Shown piece after piece: positions 24,492 through 32,686 of a DNA stretch of 39,396 nucleotides. Location: contig JAUVWM010000001.1 in NCBI GenBank assembly GCA_030604105.1, positions 1 to 39,396 on the forward strand, written 5' to 3'. The position numbers and the translations under genes are program-made. Source of the stretch: Dehalococcoidaceae bacterium. Lineage in GTDB: Bacteria > Chloroflexota > Dehalococcoidia > JAUVWM01. The notes beneath the pieces were generated by a model, which was given only the letters and a program-made list of their open reading frames with translations, did no database searches and had not been told where the DNA came from. How positions within the stretch are numbered: position 1 is the stretch's first letter; each line of letters begins with the position of its first letter.

Positions 24492-27400
24492 CTAAGCTCT
24501 CCTCACGTCGCACAGGAAAGCCTTGAACTCTGGGATCATGGTATTGGCGTCCCCCACATGGGGGGTCAGCATGTTGGCGCTATCGCCGGTGGAGCTACCC
24601 GTATAGCCCCAGTGCCAGGGCAGGCCGACCTGGTGAACTGTCTGACCGTTTATCTGGAAGGGCTTAAAGCGCGCGGTGACCAGGGCTACTCCTTCTACCT
24701 TACCTCGGGCCGTCTCCACGATAACCCTTCCCCCGTTGACTATGCCTTTCTCCGCCGCCAGTTCCTGGCTGAGCTCGACGAACATCTCAGGCATCAGCTC
24801 CACGATCCAGGGAAGGTTTCTGGTCATCTGCCCCGCCTGCCAGTGTTCGGTGAGGCGGTAGGTGGTGCAAACAATGGGGTACCTGTCGCGGTCGCCCTTG
24901 AGGTCCATCTCGGAGCCCCAGATCTTGAAAGCCGGGTCATTCTGCGTCCCCGACAGGAGGTTATCCACCGGGCTCTCCCAGGGCTCGTAGTGCTCAGGGA
25001 AGGGGCCATCGGCCCGCCCCATGCCGAAGATGCGGGCATGCCCTTCGGGTTTCATGATGAAGGGATACTTGGTCTTCTCCGGGTCAAGGGCCATGGGTGG
25101 CCATCCGCCATCGGGCACATCGCCATCCCACTTGCCATTCCGCCACCAGATAACGGGATGCTCCTTGTCCCAGGGAACGCCGTCGAGGTCCACCGACGCC
25201 CGGTTATAGATGATGCGCCGATTTACCGGCCAGCACCAGGCCCACTTGGGATGGAGGCCTATGTTGAAGGCGCCGGGGGAGGGGTCGCGGCGGGCCATCA
25301 TATTGCCCGCCTCGGTGTAGCTGGCGCAGTAGAGCCAGTTGCCCGAGCTGGTTGTCCCGTCATCCTTGAGCTTGCCGAAGCTGGCGGCAAGCTTGCCCGT
25401 GGTCAGGTTATAGCCATTGATCTCCCTGGCCACCTTGTCGGCGCTGGGCGAATCCCCGTAGTCCCAGGTGAGCTTGGTAATGGCCTCGGCATTGGGCCCA
25501 CTCTCCCGGGCATAAAGCTCCTGGAGCTTGAGCACCAGCTTGTTGATGATCCACAGGTCTTCCTTAGCCTGGCCCGGCGGCTCGATAGCCTTGTACCGCC
25601 ACTGGGCCCAGCGGCCGCTATTGGTGATGCTTCCCTCCTTTTCATAGGAGGCGGCTGCTGGCAGCAGAAAGACCTCGACCCCGATCGTCGACGGGTCAAC
25701 GCCAGGCCTCTTCCAGATAGCGGCGGTCTCCGTCTCCCACAGGTCAACGGCCACCAGCCAGTCCAGATTCTCTATGGCCTTTCGTTCCATCTTGACGTTG
25801 GGGCCGCACACCGCCGGGTTCTGCCCCCAGCACATCAGCCCTTTAATGGTTCCGGCGTACATCTCCTCAAAGAGCCCGATCCAGGAGTAATCGTTGTAGG
25901 GCTTGGTGGTCTTGGGCAGGTACTGGTAGCCGAACTCATTGCCTTTGGTGGCAGCGTCGCCATACCACGCCTTGAGCAGGCTGACCATGTACTTGGGGTA
26001 GTGCTGCCACCAGTTGGCGCTCTTGGGGTCCCCGGACTTTGGTGTGACCCGCTCCAGCAGTTTCTCCAGGGTCTCATCCTTGTTGGTCGGTTGCTTGAGG
26101 TAGCCGGGCAGGATGTGGCACAGCAGGCAGTGATCGGTCGAGCCCTGAACATTGGACTCGCCTCTGAGGGCATTGATTCCACCGCCGGCGACGCCGATGT
26201 TGCCCAGCAAGAGCTGCAGCATGGCATAGCTTCGGATCATCTGGGTGCCGTTGGTGTGCTGGGTGGTGCCCATGGCATACAAGATGGTGCCTGTTTTGCC
26301 CGGCGCGCCGGTAGCGGCATATGTCTTGCAGATCTCAAGGTAGGTATCCTTGGGGCTTCCCGTGATCTTGCACACCGTATCGACATCGTAGCGGGCGAAG
26401 TGCTTCTTCAGGTGCTGGAAGACGCAGTTGGGGTCTTTCAGGCTCTTGTCCCACTTGGGGGTGCCGTCCTCCTCGGGGGACTGGTACTGCCAGCTCGACT
26501 TGTCGTAGGACCGTTTAGCCGGGTCATAGCCCGAGAACAGCCCGTCCAGGTCGGCTGGGCCTTCGAAATCGGGGTTGATGAGGAAAGAGGCGTTGGTATA
26601 TTCCGTGACATAGACCATGTTGTACTTCTCTGGATACTGGTCCATCTCATCGAGCACATATTTTATGATGCCGCCGATGAAGGCGACATCCGTGCCCGAT
26701 CTCATCTTGCAGTAGATGTCAGCGATGGCTGAAGTGCGGGTGAAGCGGGGGTCAACGCTGATGAGCTTGGCCCCCCTCTCCTTGGCCGCGGTTATCCAGC
26801 CGGAAGCAGCCGGGTGGTTCTCCACCGGGTTGGACCCGATGGCGATCATGCAGTCGGCGTTTGCGATATCGTTCCAGTGGTTGGTCATGGCCCCTCTGCC
26901 GAATGTCTCCGCCAAACTGGCGACGGTAGAGGAGTGTCATATACGGGCCTGATGTTCTACGTAGACCAGGCCCAGGGCGCGCAGCGCTTTGACCAGGAGG
27001 TAGCATTCCTCGTTGTCCAGGGCCGCCCCGCCCACCGAGGCGATGCCTTCGGTTCGGTTTACAACGTAGCCTTCGCCATCGCTCGCGGTCCAGTTATTGT
27101 CGCGAGTGTCCTTGATCCTTCTCGCTATCCGGTCGATGGCCTCATCCCAGGATAGCACCTCCCAATCCCTGCCTCCGGGCGGGCGGTAAAGAGGGTTCTG
27201 CAGGCGCCTGGGGTTGATCTTGCCATCCACCTGGTGGAGCTGGGCGAGGGAAGCTCCCTTGGCGCAAGCAGCGCCTCGGTTTATGGGATGATCGGGGTCA
27301 CCCTCGATCTTAAGCATCCCATCCGCCTCAACGGCAGCGATAAAGCCGCACCCTGAAGCATCGTAGGGGCAAATTGTGGTTGTTTCACTGATCTTGTTCT

Positions 27401-27521
27401 TCAGTGCAGAAGCCTTGTGGGAAGTTCCGGGACTGCTTCGCCAACCCAGGGTATGAAAGACGGTAAAACCGCCCACACCAGCGGTACCAGCCTTCAGGAA
27501 CTGCCTGCGAGTTAACTTCAT
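24492..27521 (-). CDS. fdnG: formate dehydrogenase alpha subunit, Tat-exported molybdo/tungstopterin selenoprotein (UGA-Sec at 26939-26937)
   Basis: Two same-frame ORFs (26937-27641 and 24492-26915) are joined by TGA: ...[33 protein letters not shown], the FdnG/FdhA Sec-His active-site context. The twin-arginine signal MKLTRRQFLKAGTAG sits at ATG 27521 behind AAAGGAGG. The result is 1009 codons with Sec at codon 195. Confidence 0.9.
26893..26932 (-). promoter_or_regulatory. candidate SECIS structure of fdnG
   Basis: RNA from 5 nt after the UGA reads CCUCU-a-CCG-U-CGCC-aguuu-GGCG-gagacauu-CGG-c-AGAGG. This is an imperfect 40-nt hairpin with the apical stem (U)CGCC/GGCG(G). Confidence 0.45.
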
Positions 27522-27554
27522 GCCGTCCTCCTTTTGCTGGCTCTTTTTGGGGGG

Positions 27555-27588
27555 CCTGAGCCTTGCTCCCACCTGAGCCTTGCTCCCA
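27555..27588. repeat. perfect 17-bp tandem duplication (2 x CCTGAGCCTTGCTCCCA) in the fdnG 5' leader
   Basis: Read directly: 27555-27571 is identical to 27572-27588. On the mRNA strand it reads UGGGAGCAAGGCUCAGG x2, 34-67 nt upstream of the fdnG ATG. Confidence 0.95.
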
Positions 27589-27596
27589 AAGGAAAG

Positions 27597-27621
27597 CCGT
27601 AACACAGCCCCCCTGTTACGG
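27597..27621 (-). promoter_or_regulatory. leader hairpin (8-bp stem CCGUAACA/UGUUACGG, 9-nt G-rich loop) followed by CUUUCCUUU
   Basis: Perfect inverted repeat. The loop GGGGGGC is complementary to GCCCCCC at 27549-27555 (mRNA sense), just upstream of the SD. Confidence 0.5.
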
Positions 27622-27673
27622 CCTAGGGTGTTTTTTGCCATAAACCAAGAACTTTTGCATGCCTCCGAGGGGT

Positions 27674-27702
27674 AGTTTACCCTATAGAAAGCCCGGTGTC
27701 AA
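27674..27702 (-). promoter_or_regulatory. putative fdnG operon promoter (TTGACA-17-TAAACT)
   Basis: The reverse strand reads TTGACAccgggctttctatagggTAAACT. It predicts a 5' UTR of about 145 nt. Confidence 0.5.
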
Positions 27703-27731
27703 GCCTTTCTCAAACCAATTGCAGTAACACT

Positions 27732-27749
27732 CTATTTTAGCTATTTTAG
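27732..27749. repeat. perfect 9-bp tandem repeat (2 x CTATTTTAG) in the AT-rich divergent intergenic region
   Basis: Read directly. A related GCTATTTTGCC lies at about 27808. Confidence 0.9.
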
Positions 27750-27864
27750 CCGGGAAAATCTTTATTATAATGGCTCTTTAGTCCTATGAACATGGTGTAC
27801 TTTAGTGCTATTTTGCCCCACTTTTTCCCACAATTAACCCTGGGCCTACCACAACCTCGGAGAG

Positions 27865-27893
27865 TTGCAACCAGGCTCTATCCAGGGTAGAAT
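27865..27893 (+). promoter_or_regulatory. putative promoter of the MBL gene (TTGCAA-17-TAGAAT)
   Basis: Hexamers and spacing read directly. The ORF-track start 27865 coincides with the -35 hexamer. Confidence 0.45.
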
Positions 27894-27942
27894 GTCTCCA
27901 GCTATTTGCCAAGCCAGGAAGCCGCTTGGCCGGGGGCGAGGT

Positions 27943-28854
27943 ATGGTGCCTGTATCTAAGGTGACCGATGGAACCTATATGATAGATGTTCAGCGGGGAG
28001 TGCCAACTATGTCGGTAACGGCTTACTTGGTGATGGGACATCGAGCTGCCCTCATCGAGACCGGCCCCTCGGTGGCTGTCCCTTTGCTCCTAGAGGGCAT
28101 GCGACAGGTGGGCTATGACCCGACACAGCTTTCCTACGTAGTTGTTACCCATGTTCATGTAGACCACGCGGGTGGGGTGGGAACGCTGGCTCAGGCATTG
28201 CCTCAGGCCCAGGTGATAGTGCACCGCAGGGGAGCCCGCCATCTCATTGATCCTTCGCGGCTGATCGAGAGCACGCGCCAGGTGCAGGGGGAGAATTTCG
28301 ACGAGGTGTCTGGCCCTATTCTGCCTGTCGCTGAAGAGAGGGTGTCGGCTGTTTCAGGAGGCGATGTGATCTCGTTGGGGGAAAGGGACCTGAGAATAGT
28401 CGATGCTCCGGGGCATGCTCCCCACCACATATGTATCCACGATAGCCGGACCAACGGCCTGTTTTCAGGCGATGCTTTAGGCATCTTGGACCAGGGAGGG
28501 GAGCGTCCTTTCCCTGTGGTGGTACCTCCTAGCTACGACCTGGAGGCACATATCGATACGCTGCGCCGGATTCGGGAGCTTACCCCTTCGGTGCTCTTTT
28601 TTTCTCATTTTGGGCCTCATCACAGGGTAAAGCGGCTGGTAGACATGGTGGAGCAGGACATCGAGGCTTATGGGCGAATCGTGCTTGAGGCCGTGAAGGA
28701 CAAAGCCAGCCTCGCTGAGATCGAGCGCGGGCTCGAAGCCCACCGTAGCAGCCTTGGGATCCACTACGATGTCGAGGCCGATTTCAAGCAAATGATCGCC
28801 GGCTTCATCACCTACTTCAAACGAACTGATCCTGGGCTCGAGTGGGCCGGCTGA
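27943..28854 (+). CDS. MBL-fold metallo-hydrolase
   Basis: VVTHVHVDHAGG (HxHxDH) and later His/Asp ligands (APGHAPHH, SGDAL). ATG 27943 lies downstream of the predicted TSS and after GAGG. Confidence 0.75.
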   Translation: MVPVSKVTDGTYMIDVQRGVPTMSVTAYLVMGHRAALIETGPSVAVPLLLEGMRQVGYDPTQLSYVVVTHVHVDHAGGVGTLAQALPQAQVIVHRRGARHLIDPSRLIESTRQVQGENFDEVSGPILPVAEERVSAVSGGDVISLGERDLRIVDAPGHAPHHICIHDSRTNGLFSGDALGILDQGGERPFPVVVPPSYDLEAHIDTLRRIRELTPSVLFFSHFGPHHRVKRLVDMVEQDIEAYGRIVLEAVKDKASLAEIERGLEAHRSSLGIHYDVEADFKQMIAGFITYFKRTDPGLEWAG

Positions 28855-28927
28855 AAACCCTGTTCGCCACCGGACACTTTCTGGTGCTGCCACGTATGCT
28901 TGCTCGGCTGTTTTTGTGGCTCAGCTG

Positions 28928-28956
28928 TTGACGGGTTATTGTCCTTGCGATAGTAT
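28928..28956 (+). promoter_or_regulatory. putative promoter (TTGACG-17-TAGTAT) of the CoA-transferase/UbiA pair
   Basis: Hexamers and spacing read directly, about 40 nt upstream of ATG 28998. Confidence 0.35.
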
Positions 28957-28997
28957 TATACCCTGGAATAGATAAGTCGAGGCAAAGGGGGCTCAGG

Positions 28998-30188
28998 ATG
29001 GAAAGAGCGCTCGAGGGAATAAGGGTGCTGGAGTTCGCCCGTTTTGTGGCCGGCCCATATTGCACCACGCATTTGGCGGATCTGGGGGCGGAGGTCATCA
29101 AGGTTGAGAGGCCGGGGGGGGCGGATGACCGAGCGTTCTATCCGCCTTCGCCCGATGGGGAGAGTTTTTCTTTTAAGGCCCTAACCCGCAATAAAAAGGG
29201 TATCACCTTGAACGTGAGAAGTGAGAGGGGGAAGGAGATACTCAACGAGCTGGTGAAGCAGGCCGATGTGGTATTCCATAACTTCCCTCAGGGCACCACC
29301 GAAGCAAGGGTTCTAGACTATGATCTCTTGAGCCAGGTTAACCCCCAGATCATCGTGGCGGCTCTCACTGCCTGGGGTACGGATGGGCCCTATGCCCGGC
29401 GTGTCGGCTTCGATTCCATAGTCCAGGCGGAGTCGGCGATAATGGGTTTCACGGGCTTCCCCGGCAATCCACCGACCAAAGCGCAGGTGCCCTTTATAGA
29501 TTTGGGCACCGGCCTTCATGCCGCGCTGGGTATCGTGGTAGCCCTTTTCCATCGGCAGCGAACGGGCATGGGCCAAATGGTTGATGTCTCCCTGCTGGAC
29601 ACGGCTGTCTCTTTTGGCATTGGTCTCGGCCCCGCCGCTGAGCGCAAGATACTGGGCATAGAGCGTCCCCAGGTCGGCAATTATAGCTACCAGGCTTTCG
29701 GCGGTTGTTTCAGGGCCAAGGACGGCTGGGTAAGCCTCTCTCCTGCCAGCGATACGCTTTGGGAGAGGTTCGTCAAAGCCATTGGCAGGGGAGATCTGGC
29801 TGACGACCCCCGATTTGAGACCACCATAGGTCGCTTCGAAAACCGCGGCCTTATCGGCTCCATGCTGGAAGAGTGGCTGGCGGAAAGGACGGTGGATGAG
29901 GCGATCCGTGTGCTGGAGGAGGCCAGGGTGCCCTGCGGGCGGGTGAAAAATGTCCTTGAGGCAATGGATGACCCCCAGGTCAAGGCTCGGGGGATGCTGA
30001 TCTATCAGGAGTACCCTAAGTTGGGCGAGGTCCCCGTGTCGCCGACGCCCATAAAGTTTTCCCGAACCCCGGTCAGGGTAGACACTCCCCGCCCCCTGGT
30101 GGGGGAGCACAACGAAGAGGTCTACCCCAGGCTCCTGGGCTATAGCCTCAAGGAGCTTTCCCAGCTCAAGGAAGATGGTGTGATCTAG
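28998..30188 (+). CDS. family III CoA-transferase (CaiB/BaiF/Frc family)
   Basis: 396 aa. GIRVLEFARFVAGPYCTTHLADLGAEVIKVERPGGAD is the hallmark N-terminus, with the catalytic-Asp region GFDSIVQAESAIM. Confidence 0.9.
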   Translation: MERALEGIRVLEFARFVAGPYCTTHLADLGAEVIKVERPGGADDRAFYPPSPDGESFSFKALTRNKKGITLNVRSERGKEILNELVKQADVVFHNFPQGTTEARVLDYDLLSQVNPQIIVAALTAWGTDGPYARRVGFDSIVQAESAIMGFTGFPGNPPTKAQVPFIDLGTGLHAALGIVVALFHRQRTGMGQMVDVSLLDTAVSFGIGLGPAAERKILGIERPQVGNYSYQAFGGCFRAKDGWVSLSPASDTLWERFVKAIGRGDLADDPRFETTIGRFENRGLIGSMLEEWLAERTVDEAIRVLEEARVPCGRVKNVLEAMDDPQVKARGMLIYQEYPKLGEVPVSPTPIKFSRTPVRVDTPRPLVGEHNEEVYPRLLGYSLKELSQLKEDGVI

Positions 30189-30236
30189 CAAGTGCCCGAT
30201 GCAATTCTTAATTTCTCTGAAAAGGAGAGACAGCGA

Positions 30237-31127
30237 ATGAGATTGAAGTTTTTCTTTCTGGAGACCAGGCCGCAGTTCTTGCTCTTATCTGTAGTCTTGG
30301 CCTTTCTGGGCACCTCCATAGCCTGGTATGATGGTGATTTTCATCTGGGCTATGCCCTGCTGGCCTTCGTAGGCCTGCTACTGGCCCACATCAGCGTCAA
30401 CGTGCTGAACGATTACTTTGACTACAAGAGCGGGATAGACCTGGCGGCTAACAGGACCCCCTTCAGCGGTGGCAGCGGAATTCTGCCTGCTGGCATGCTC
30501 CGGCCGACGCAGGTCTTCTGGTTTGGCTTGATCGCCTTCCTCATGACCATACCTATAGGGGCCTATTTCGTGGTGGTCAGGGACTGGCGTCTACTGCCTT
30601 TGCTTCTGGTGGGCGCGGCATGTGTCCTTCTCTACACGCCAGTGCTGACCAAGATACAATGGCCGGAGTGGGCTCCTGGGGTGGGGCTGGGTAGCCTGCC
30701 GGTCCTGGGGGCTTACTTTGTTCAGACCGGCGGCTACACCCTGCCTGCGGTGATAGCCGCCATACCCTCGGGGATACTGGTGCATAACCTGCTATTCTTA
30801 AACGAATTCCCGGATGCTGAGGCTGATAAGAAGGGCAACAGGAAGACGCTGCCCATAACCCTGGGCAAGGCAAAGGCCAGTGTCATCTACTCGGCTCTGA
30901 TGGTTGCGGTCTATCTCTGGATAATCGGTGGCGTGGTGGCGGGTTCGATGCCGGCCTTCTCCCTGATAGCTCTGTTGACGGCTCCCCTGGCCCTGAAGGC
31001 CATTCAGGGCGCTCGCAGATATGATGACCAGAGCCGACTGCTGCCGGCTCTGGGCAGCAACGTTATGGTTGTTCTGCTGACCCAGTTGCTACTGGGCATT
31101 GGCTATATCCTGGCGGAGGTTTCCTGA
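30237..31127 (+). CDS. UbiA-superfamily aromatic prenyltransferase, MenA-like
   Basis: NVLNDYFDYKSGID (first Asp-rich motif), NEFPDAEADKKGNRKTLPITLG (second motif) and about 8 TM segments. ATG 30237 lies behind AAGGAGAG; the ORF-track GTG 30192 is an alternative. Confidence 0.8.
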   Translation: MRLKFFFLETRPQFLLLSVVLAFLGTSIAWYDGDFHLGYALLAFVGLLLAHISVNVLNDYFDYKSGIDLAANRTPFSGGSGILPAGMLRPTQVFWFGLIAFLMTIPIGAYFVVVRDWRLLPLLLVGAACVLLYTPVLTKIQWPEWAPGVGLGSLPVLGAYFVQTGGYTLPAVIAAIPSGILVHNLLFLNEFPDAEADKKGNRKTLPITLGKAKASVIYSALMVAVYLWIIGGVVAGSMPAFSLIALLTAPLALKAIQGARRYDDQSRLLPALGSNVMVVLLTQLLLGIGYILAEVS

Positions 31128-31149
31128 TTGAAAGCGACTCGGGAACCGC

Positions 31150-31178
31150 TTGCGGAGGCGACAATTGTGTAGTAGAAT
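31150..31178 (+). promoter_or_regulatory. putative promoter (TTGCGG-17-TAGAAT) of the HMGCS-like/thiolase pair
   Basis: Hexamers read directly. The leader of about 40 nt contains AAGGAGG. Confidence 0.4.
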
Positions 31179-31225
31179 GCAGGATGCATAATGTGCTCTA
31201 ATCTCTGATATTGTAAGGAGGACAA

Positions 31226-32662
31226 ATGGCAGGTATCTTATCGTATGGAGCTTACATACCATATTACAGATTGCCCCGGAGCGTGATTGGTAAGGCTTGG
31301 GGTCAACCGGGGGCGCGTGGAGAGAAAGCAGTTGCCAATTATGATGAGGACCCCGTCACCATGTCAGTGGCTGCTGGCATGGACTGCCTGAAGGGGATCG
31401 ACCCCAAGACGGTCGATGCTTTGTTCATGGCTACCACCAGTGCCCCTTACAAGGAGAGGCAGAACTCAACGATAGTGGCCGCTGCCCTGGATCTTCGCCG
31501 GCAAACTCGACATGCTGATTACGCGAATTGCCTCAGGGCTGGAACCATTGCCATGCTCTCAGCCGTGGATGCCATAGAGGCAGGTTCGGCCAAGAGCGTT
31601 ATGGTAACTGCTGCTGACATGCGCCTGGGGGGCGCTTCCGGTGCCAATGAGCAGGCCTTCGGTGATGGAGGCGCTGCCCTTCTGCTGGGAAAGGGAAAGG
31701 TGATAGCGGAGATTGAGGCCAGTTACACCTTGTCCGACGACTTTGCCGATAACTGGAGAGCGCATGATGATATCTTCGTCCGCACTTGGGAAGAGCGGTT
31801 CGGCCTGGACGAAGGTTATCGCAAGATCCCAGCTGAAGCTGCGGCTGAAGTCATGAAGAAGTGCAACCTGGCTCCAAAGGATTTTGCCAAAGCCTGTTTC
31901 TATGGCCCTTACGCCAGAAGGCATGGGGAGCTGGGTAAGGTGATGGGCTTTGAGCCGGCTCAGATTCAGGAGTCGCTGCTTGATACAGTGGGAAATACCG
32001 GCGCGGCGCTGCCCTTGATGGTCCTGGTGGGTGCCTTGGAAGAGGCCAAGCCGGGTGACAGGATTCTGCTGGTCAGCTGGGGAAGCGGTGCCGATGCCCT
32101 GGTGCTCAGGGTGACTGAGGAGATTGAAAAGATTAGGGACAGGCGTGGGATAAAGCGTCATCTCGAGATGAAGAGAACACTTGACAACTATGAAAAGTAC
32201 CTGCGTTGGCGCGGGCTGGTGCCACTGGAGGCAGCTGCCCGTCCCGAAAAAGTGCCCCCCTCCATGCCGTCGCTGTGGAGGGAACACGCGTGGGCAATGC
32301 CCCTTTACGGCGTCAAGTGTAAGAAGTGCGGCACCCCCCAGTTGTTCCTGAGTGCCGAGTCGAGTCGGCCCAGGATCTGTGTAGAGTGCCATGCCAGGGA
32401 TGAATTTGAGCCTTATAAGTTCGCCGATAAACTGGGCACGGTAACTACCTTCAGCCATGACTATTTGGCTCTCAGCTCCGACCCTCCCAACACAGTAACC
32501 GTTGTTGATTTTGAGGGAGGGGGCAGGGGCTCATTTGAAATGGCCGACCGCGACCCTGACGAGTGCAAGGTGGGCATGAGCGTGGAGATGACCTTCAGGA
32601 AGATATTCTTCACCAAGGGTATCCACAACTATTACTGGAAATGCAAGCCGGTAAGAGAGTAA
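31226..32662 (+). CDS. HMG-CoA-synthase-like condensing enzyme fused to a C-terminal DUF35 (Zn-ribbon + OB-fold) domain
   Basis: 478 aa. The N-terminal ~345 aa are collinear with archaeal-type HMGCS (YGAYIPYYRL, DEDPVTMS, YANCLRAGT, GDGGAALLL, VGNTGAA, VSWGSGAD). The C-terminal ~125 aa carry CKKCG...CVECH followed by the OB-fold segment VTVVDFEGGGRGSFEMAD...VGMSVEMTFRK. Confidence 0.8.
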   Translation: MAGILSYGAYIPYYRLPRSVIGKAWGQPGARGEKAVANYDEDPVTMSVAAGMDCLKGIDPKTVDALFMATTSAPYKERQNSTIVAAALDLRRQTRHADYANCLRAGTIAMLSAVDAIEAGSAKSVMVTAADMRLGGASGANEQAFGDGGAALLLGKGKVIAEIEASYTLSDDFADNWRAHDDIFVRTWEERFGLDEGYRKIPAEAAAEVMKKCNLAPKDFAKACFYGPYARRHGELGKVMGFEPAQIQESLLDTVGNTGAALPLMVLVGALEEAKPGDRILLVSWGSGADALVLRVTEEIEKIRDRRGIKRHLEMKRTLDNYEKYLRWRGLVPLEAAARPEKVPPSMPSLWREHAWAMPLYGVKCKKCGTPQLFLSAESSRPRICVECHARDEFEPYKFADKLGTVTTFSHDYLALSSDPPNTVTVVDFEGGGRGSFEMADRDPDECKVGMSVEMTFRKIFFTKGIHNYYWKCKPVRE

Positions 32663-32686
32663 ACTAAAGTTAAGGAGTCGAAGACA

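Noticed and set aside
24363-26732. A 789-aa ORF on the plus strand antisense to fdnG. Similar long antisense ORFs occur at 6423-7808 (461 aa, opposite dxs), 29313-30191, 31559-32458, 36869-37660, 15130-15840 and 18009-18497.
   Set aside because: Their products are low-complexity and rich in Gly/Pro/Arg/Ala, with no recognisable motifs. They lie entirely inside genes that have strong family signatures on the other strand. This is the typical stop-codon-poor antisense frame of GC-rich coding DNA.
27522-27641. A 40-codon in-frame N-terminal extension of fdnG, starting at the ORF-track ATG at 27641.
   Set aside because: It would place MAKNTLGRNRG... in front of the twin-arginine n-region. ATG 27521 has a strong AAAGGAGG SD and starts exactly at MKLTRRQFLK. 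The extension also contains the 17-nt tandem repeat and leader hairpin, so it is treated as 5' UTR.
28852-28950. Possible Sec read-through of the MBL gene's TGA stop into a Cys-rich tail (U-KPCSPPDTFWCCHVCLLGCFCGSAVDGLLSLR).
   Set aside because: There is no SECIS-like hairpin directly after the TGA. Codon usage there is AT-rich (TGT, TTT, TTG) and atypical for this genome. The stretch also contains the next gene's predicted promoter, so the Cys richness probably reflects TG-rich non-coding sequence.
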